DNA from: Squalus acanthias
Taxonomy: Eukaryota
Assembly (NCBI GenBank): GCA_030390025.1
Contig: CM059432.1
Location: 63,924,001-63,988,000 of the forward strand
Reading direction: 5' to 3'
Length of the DNA: 64,000 nt
Position numbers and translations under genes: made by a program. Positions 57,320 through 64,000 of the stretch are shown here, in pieces. Under the pieces are notes generated by a model. That model did no database searches. It was given only the letters and a program-made list of their open reading frames with translations, and was not told the DNA's origin. Each line of letters starts with the position of its first letter. Positions within the stretch are counted from its first letter, which is position 1.

Positions 57320-58050
57320 AATTGAGTTTCAACCTCTATGTCCTATCCATCACCAAAACAACAACATCTTACATTTATATAGTACCTTTTATATAGAAAA
57401 ATGCCCCATGCACTTCACAAAAGCGTAATCAAACAAAAATCATTCTTGAGCCAAAGAAAGAGATATTGGGTTACTTACTTTTAACATTGGAAAATTGCCT
57501 GTCTCCGCTGCTATCTTATTCCCATTGTTACTGAAATCCTTATCCATACCATTGTCACCTCTGGACATGATTTCTCCAACGCCCTCCTTGCCAGTCTCCT
57601 GACCTCCACTGCCCATAAACTCCAAATTGTCTAATACTCCACCCCCTCCATGCTGTCCCGCATTAAGGCCTGTTTGCATATTCCCCCCATCCTCATTGAC
57701 CTACACTGGTTCGATGGCCCCACTGCATCCAATTTAAAATCCTTGCCCTCATCTACAAATTGCTCAAGCCTACCTCTGCAACCTTCTCCAGTCTGAAATC
57801 CCCATCTCTGACTTTGGCCTCCTGTGCATCCCACTACCATCTGCCCTACTCTCTGGAACTCCCTTCCCAAATCCTTCTGCCTCTCTACCTTCCTCCCCAA
57901 CTTTAAAATCGTTTTCAAAATCCACTTCCTTTTTCAGTCACCTCTTCTAACTCTCTCTCAAAAGCTTGGTCTCTGGTCTTCTTCTTGCTCTGTGAAGCAC
58001 CTAGGGAAGTTTTACTATGTTAAAGGTGCTCTGTCAATGCGTATTGTTAT
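57320..58050 (+). mobile_element. L2 3'-end relic (+) with an opposite-strand L2-like tail inserted at about 57355-57470
   Basis: Ends TGTGAAGCACCTAGGGAAGTTTTACTATGTTAAAGGTGCT. Decayed L2 ORF2 C-terminal sequence (CATTGACCTACACTGG, CTCTGGAACTCCCTTCC). Confidence 0.7.
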
Positions 58051-60138
58051 TGCAATTGCTGCATTAGTTGCAGTTGAAGTAGATATTGGAATACATGATA
58101 TATGTGTGCAAAATGAACAGAACCTGCCACTGAAGGAATACAATATTGTTGTCTTTTGCAGAGGTTTAAGGTAGCTCTGAGACCACCCACGGCACTCCCA
58201 GATTTTGAGACCTCCCTATCAATGCTTCCAGACACCAGTATCTTGCTCCTAGTAGTCTCACATCCCAGAATTCCTTTTCTCAACTTTCTCATACCTAGCA
58301 GCCTGTCTGCTGCTCTTCAGATTCCCACTCCTATTGATCGCAAACTCTGAGACACCACACCCTGCGCTCCTAGATTCTGACAACTACGCCCATAGAAATG
58401 ACCTCTACCATTGCTGCAAACTCTTCTCCTCTGGTAGTGCTCCAATTTCCTAGGACTCCCCCTTCCAGTGCTCCAGTCCAGGGATCCCACTTCTAGACCT
58501 ACAAACCCCTTGGTACTGCCAGATCTTGAGACCCCCTCCTAGTGCTTTTGGATGCGGGGACACTTCACCCAGGAAAGATGTCTTTCAAAATGCTGCCACA
58601 CCCCAGCCCCCATCCCACTGCAAGCAGTCCCATGATCCACCCACTACTTCTAATCCCAGGAACCAAAGCCCAGTTTCTGTTCCCATCCAACTCCAGGTTC
58701 CCTCTCTACACTACTACTAAACTACCAGAACTACCCCCCAATGCTATCAAAGTCCAGCACTACCTGTAATTCCTGCTAAATCCCACAACCCTTCCCTCTC
58801 CCTAGCTAAACCCCACATATCTGCTTTCAATCTTCTACATGTTGCCAACAATCTCCATCTGTATTCTGAGCTTGAAAAAATGATAGGTAAAAATTAAGTA
58901 CCTAGATAAAAGAACATATAATAATAGTAGTACTGTAATAGTAAAGACCACTCATTTGCAGTTTTCAAGGAATAATGGACAGAATGGTGGAATTTGATCC
59001 CCAAAACACCAAAATAAATCGCAGAATACCATGTAATAAAATAGAATTTGGCTTATTCAGTCAACAAGAATGAATGGCTCTGCTATTATATTGTGCATTA
59101 GTATTATAATAGCCGCGTTGTCAGGTAACCCCCGACTCAGTGTGCAATACCATGGCAGACCTACTAGTTAATGAAGTCTTGTCTCTTGCATGTGTCCTTC
59201 ACACTTCAGTTGTCACACCTCAGCTGCCACACTTCAGATGTTACATGCCAAATGCCACACTTGAAAGTGTCAAAAGTATAAAAAGGAAGTCAGTCATTTC
59301 CTGCTTTTTCAGCTTGATGACCTGATGATTCCCCAAGGTCAGCAGCGAGGAATTTACACGAAACTGGCAATCTACAGGGGCTTTCCTCACCAATTAGCCA
59401 GTAAATGACCTCTGGGGATTTCAGACCACTTCCCCACAGGGAGAACTTGAGCTGTGCCCTAAAAGAAACAGACCAAGTTAAGTACAGCTCTATCTTAAGC
59501 AGATAAATATTATAAATGTGCTGCAGATTACCCATCAGCAATTTCAGACTTATACAAGCATTCAGAATCACATGTTATGATTAAATAGTCTAATAAATAA
59601 AATTAAATTTGTACACTATGTTTGATAACAGCACACTACCATTTGATAGTTATTTTACAATCTTGCTAATGTGTCTCAATATTTCTCAATTTGCATTAAT
59701 TTTATGCATAGTTTATTCAAACAATGCCGTGTGGGTCTGACATTTCAACAATTAGCCCAAAGGTAAAGATACCATTGAAAACAAAAATTCACTGCAGTGT
59801 CATCCAGGGGGCACATTGTTCCACCCTACACATAGATCTATGACAGTAAAATTAGGGCAGAATCTAATCTGATTCTGACCTTGTTGGGATGGAATTTCCT
59901 GTTTATTTGCACCCAGAGACGCGTGTAACCGGGGCATGAAGCAAATACCCAGTGTAAAAGATCGAGGGAACTCGCTCACAAGTGTGTTACGCATCTAATT
60001 ACGCTACGCCCGAACTTCCTCACTCTATTACATTGTCCATTGAGCCCTGTGCTTGAACGCACCTCAGCTCATTGTAATGGCCCAGCCCCAGACTCGGGCT
60101 ATAAACGTGAATTTCTTGCAATTACCTTGGTTCAAAAT

Positions 60139-60601
60139 GGGCCCAGAATTTTAGGCACAGCTGGAAACAAAATAATTTTTCTGGTGTTTTACTGCAATTT
60201 TTGAGCGAATTTAAAAAAAAGATCCTCACTGACACCTGCACTGTTTTTCTATTTTCTGTTTCTTTGAATGCATTTCTATGGCATCAGTATAAATCACATT
60301 AAATACTGAAAAGCTTCAACAATTGCAGGTTCTTAAACATATTGCACCTACTGTGCATGAATGATAGCCAGATATATTTTCATATTTAAAGAAGGAATAG
60401 ATGGTGTGAGTTTGGCACGTTCTTCGAGCCTCGATTGTTTATGCTGATTTCCGCATGTACACGCCCATTTTTCCGTTCTGGCGTATGTTAATGAGATTGC
60501 CAGGAAATTTGGCTATAAATAGACCTGGGCAAAATGGTGCACAAATAGGCGTAATTTTGGATGTAGCTTCCCAATTAAGCCCACACAGGAAATTTCACCC
60601 C
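60139..60601. mobile_element. Possible degenerate Harbinger-type MITE
   Basis: GGGCCCAGAATTT at the left and AAATTTCACCCC at the right; TIR pairing is weak. Confidence 0.4.
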
Positions 60602-60779
60602 ATTATCATTTTTCCCAAATACATAAGCAATTGAATCAACCTTTGTGTTTTCTGCTGCCAACTATGGACCCCAATGTCACTGGTATGTTCTACAACCCTT
60701 GTTAGAATTGAAATGGGTCAGATCTGCTTGGTTACTTTTTGAAATATGTCTGATGTGGCTTATTTGCTCATACGTAATT

Positions 60780-61550
60780 GGGCCAGAGTTTTCTATAGAA
60801 ATAATGGTGAGGCTACCATCGCTCACTGTTATTATAGTGTAAATTGGACAGGAAGTTGCTGTCTGAGTTGCCCTGCTCCTCCAAATGCTGAGCTACACCA
60901 ATAACTCGCCGAGAGACTCGACATTGAAATACATGGAAGGGCGTGAAGTAGCATTACTTGTGTGAAATATACACACTAAATTCGCCAGAAAAATTTAGGG
61001 CTTGTCCATTTCAGCGTAAACAATTTATTAATGGTGTGATACGTCTTAATTACTGCCAAACAACCTCTCTGGAACTGAAAATGAACTTTTACAAGTGTGG
61101 AGTCTCATTCCTTCAGATTTTAGTTGTTGTTGGGGATTTAAAAAAATTAAAAATGCAATAATTTTTTTAAACATTTTTCTTTGTTTCTTTTATCTCTCTC
61201 TTAATCCCATTTTCCTTTCCCTCTTTTTTAATTAGGTTAGTGTAGCAAGAGCTAGTATGTGTCACTTCCTGTACCTGATTTGACACTGAATTAAATATTC
61301 TAACTGACACTTCCTGGTTCAGACTCTGCGCTGCTCATTAACGATTCTTCAATCTGATTGGTTAAGGAGAGACACAGTTGTTTCTCCTGTTCACACAGGT
61401 CCCAGATCTCCAGTAGAGGGTGTCGCACCATTTTGGCTCTCTAAATCACAGTAAGTTCTTGTGCAAAATCCCATAGAAAGTCTGTGGGCAAGTGCAAGTG
61501 TAATGAATGGCTGGCGCTGTACGTTCGCCACTGAGAGCGAAATCTGGGCC
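60780..61550. mobile_element. Harbinger-type MITE, about 770 bp
   Basis: TIRs GGGCCAGAGTTT / AAATCTGGGCC, flanks ATT and AAT, subterminal palindromes. Confidence 0.65.
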
Positions 61551-61869
61551 AATACTATGTTCATACTATTTACCCTGTTGTATTATTTATTTTATTGTAA
61601 TTGTGGTTTTTTTCGTATTATTGATCGTTGTTCCTGCTGATTTTGCTAATAGCACCCTTTGGAAACTAGCTCATGTCAGCAATATCCAAGCTACTCTGCA
61701 ATATTTTAAGTAAATAAACCATTTTTTAATAATGGTTATTTACTTCTGGAATACTTAATGGAAAATGTTTTGATGCATAACATTGTATATTGCCATCTCA
61801 GTTGCTTTCTTGTATGTATTCATGCCGATCACAGGCAGATTAAAATCTATCCACCTTTGGGTGCCCTTT

Positions 61870-62000
61870 AAATATCAGCCAGGACACCGGGGATAACTCC
61901 CCTGCACTTATTCGGAATAGTGCCATGGGATCTTTTATGTCTGCCTGATAGAGCAGATGGGGCCTCAGTCTTACCTCTCATCCAAAAGACGGCACCTTCC
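61870..62000 (-). mobile_element. Deu-domain SINE core fragment
   Basis: CCAGGACACCGGGGATAACTCCCCTGC...AATAGTGCCATGGGATCTTTTA...CTCATCCAAAAGACGGCACC is the reverse complement of the core at 45586-45695. Confidence 0.8.
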
Positions 62001-62162
62001 TATTGATAGATTTTTGGACTCTAGGGGAATCAAGGGATATGGAGATCGGGCGGGAAAGTGGAGTTGAGGTCGATGATCAGCCATGATCTTATTGAAAGGC
62101 GGAGCAGGCTCGAGGGGCCGTATGGCCTACTCCTGCTCTTATTTCTTATGTTCTTATGTTCT
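62001..62162 (+). mobile_element. CR1 3'-tail fragment
   Basis: GATCAGCCATGATCTTATTGAAAGGCGGAGCAGGCTCGAGGGGCC...CCTACTCCTGCTC ending in (TTCTTATG)n. Confidence 0.9.
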
Positions 62163-62529
62163 TTACCTGAATACTGGCCACTCGAGCACTCTCGTGTTCT
62201 TTCTTGGATATCGGTAATATTTATAGTAGCTGATCTCAGGAAGACCAATTGAGAATGTCTGTTACAAAATGTGTGGAAATGTGTGAAATTTATAAATGGT
62301 AATCAATAGTTGTTATAATTTTGTATAAGATTTATAATACAAATATATAAAAAAGACTATTTAATAATTTTAATTCATTTTTTGCAAAAATATTTTATTT
62401 TACATTCATAGCCAAGGCTAGTAACACATACTAGCTCTTACTACACTAACCTAATTAAAAATAAATGCACCCACATGTATTAAAATGTATATTCTGCTAG
62501 CTTATTTTATTTTTAGGTAATAAGCATAT

Positions 62530-63280
62530 TTTACTTTGTAGGAATATCCATTGGAAGGTAAGAAACTAAATTGAGTAGTGGAGCAAAGAGATCGGGGTAT
62601 ACGGATGCATAAATCGTCAAAAGTCACAAGTTACTAAGGCCATGACATGAAGAGTGCAAACAATGTACTGGGGTTAATTTCCAGAGGAATAGAAAACAAA
62701 AGCAGTAAGGTAATGTTGAGTTTATATAGAACCTTGGTTGGATCACACTTGGGGTACAATGTGCAGTTCTGGTCTCCATACTACAAGAAGGATATTGAAG
62801 CCCTGGAGAAAGTGTAGAAAAGATTTACAAGGATGTTACCAGAATTGATTAGAAAAGCTTGAGCAGGCTGGGGCTCTTTTCTCTGAAATAAGACTAAGAG
62901 GAAATCTGACAGAGGTTTTTAAAATGATGAAATGGTTTGATAGGGTGGATGTGGAAAAACTGTTTCCACTTGTGGGTGAGTCCAGAACACGGGGGCATAA
63001 ATATAAGATAGTCACTAACAGATCAAGTAAAGAATTTAGGAAGAATTTCTGTACACAGAAGAGTGGTGAGAATATGGAACTCACTGCCACATGGAGTAAT
63101 TGAAGAATCCAGCATGGATGTATTTAAGGGGAGGCTTGATGTATACATGAGGGAGAATGGAATATAGGGATATGGGCAGGGGACAATGTGGGGAAAGGTA
63201 ATTTGAGCAGGATAAGGCTCATGTAGAGCATAAATGACACAGACTTGTTGGCCTGAATTGCCGGTTTCTTAGATTCTACA
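62530..63280 (+). mobile_element. Degenerate CR1 3' portion
   Basis: Decayed ORF2 (VQFWSPYYKKDIEALEKV, KLFPLVGESRTRGHKYKIVT), homologous to the minus-strand copy at 48300-49150. Confidence 0.9.
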
Positions 63281-63414
63281 TAATTGAATAATTGAAATCA
63301 AACAGCAGGGCAGAGATACCTGCTTCATATAGACTTTAAAAGTATTTGGATGAAAATATTTATTTTAATGCAGTTATTGAAAGCTTAATGGAGGAGCCTG
63401 AAAACACAATCAGT

Positions 63415-64000
63415 TGCTCACTCACACAATCACCCATTCATTCACCCACACATTTATCCACTCAGACACTCGCAGAATCACTGTCATTCATACCCTCACT
63501 TGCGCAATTATTCATAGAACCACTCATTCATTTACTCACACAATCACTTACACACACAATCAGTACCACGCTCTCTCACTCACACATTTACTCACTTGCT
63601 CATACAATCACTTTCACTCACTCACTCACTCACTCACTCACTCACTCACTCACTCTCTAACTCACTCACTCACTCACTCACACACTCACTCTCTAACTCA
63701 CTCACACACTCACTCACTCACTCACTCACACACTCACTCACTCTCTAACTCACTCACACACTCACTCACTCACTCACTCACACATTTACTCACTTGCTCA
63801 TACAATCACTTTCACTCACTCACTCACTCACACACACTCTCTAACTTACTCACACACTCACTCACTCACTCTCTTACTCATTCACTCTCTCACTGTCTCA
63901 CTCACTCACTCTCTCACTCTCTCTCTCAGTCTCTCACTCACTCACTCTCTCACTCTCTCACTCTCTCTCTCAGTCTCTCACTCTCTCTCTCTCTCAGTCT
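63415..64000. repeat. (TCAC)n / (TC)n simple-repeat tract running to the window end
   Basis: Directly visible; degenerate at 63415-63610 and purer afterwards. Confidence 0.95.

Noticed and set aside
58160..58810. C-rich Pro/Thr-rich ORFs
   Set aside because: Low-complexity, strand-biased sequence with stops in all frames; probably a decayed simple repeat.
62542..62557. 16-nt microexon TTTGTAG|GAATATCCATTGGAAG|GTAAGA
   Set aside because: Splice signals look good, but the segment aligns with CR1 ORF2 sequence (compare the minus strand of 49060-49150) and is not a multiple of 3. RNA-seq would be needed to show exonisation.
63346..63660. 104-aa ORF ending (HSLT)n
   Set aside because: Translation of the TCAC microsatellite.

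Overview
Eukaryotic, repeat-dominated vertebrate DNA. The repeat set (CR1-type LINEs, a tRNA-derived SINE with a CR1-like tail, Deu-type SINEs, Penelope-like elements, L2 relics, Harbinger elements) points to a cartilaginous fish; this is inferred from recalled repeat families, not from a search. Bases 1-27789 are a G-rich 31-bp tandem satellite (about 900 units) with zoned variants and irregular higher-order duplications. Next is a decayed two-gene PIF/Harbinger transposon (28217-36881: DDE transposase on +, three-exon Myb/SANT-like gene on -). Its transposase is split by nested insertions giving five levels: Harbinger > CR1 > SINE > long solo LTR > Harbinger MITE. The remainder is intron-like or intergenic DNA with CR1/L2/SINE/MITE remnants, Penelope-like elements with inverted-repeat structure and minimal hammerhead ribozyme motifs, a CpG-rich region near 40.5-43 kb that may hold a promoter and first exon, and a (TCAC)n tract at the end. 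I found no intact host protein-coding exon and no demonstrably new biological system. The best leads are the ~1.7-kb solo LTR, the nested insertion, and the hammerhead-bearing Penelope fold-backs. All coordinates were read by eye and may be off by a few bases.
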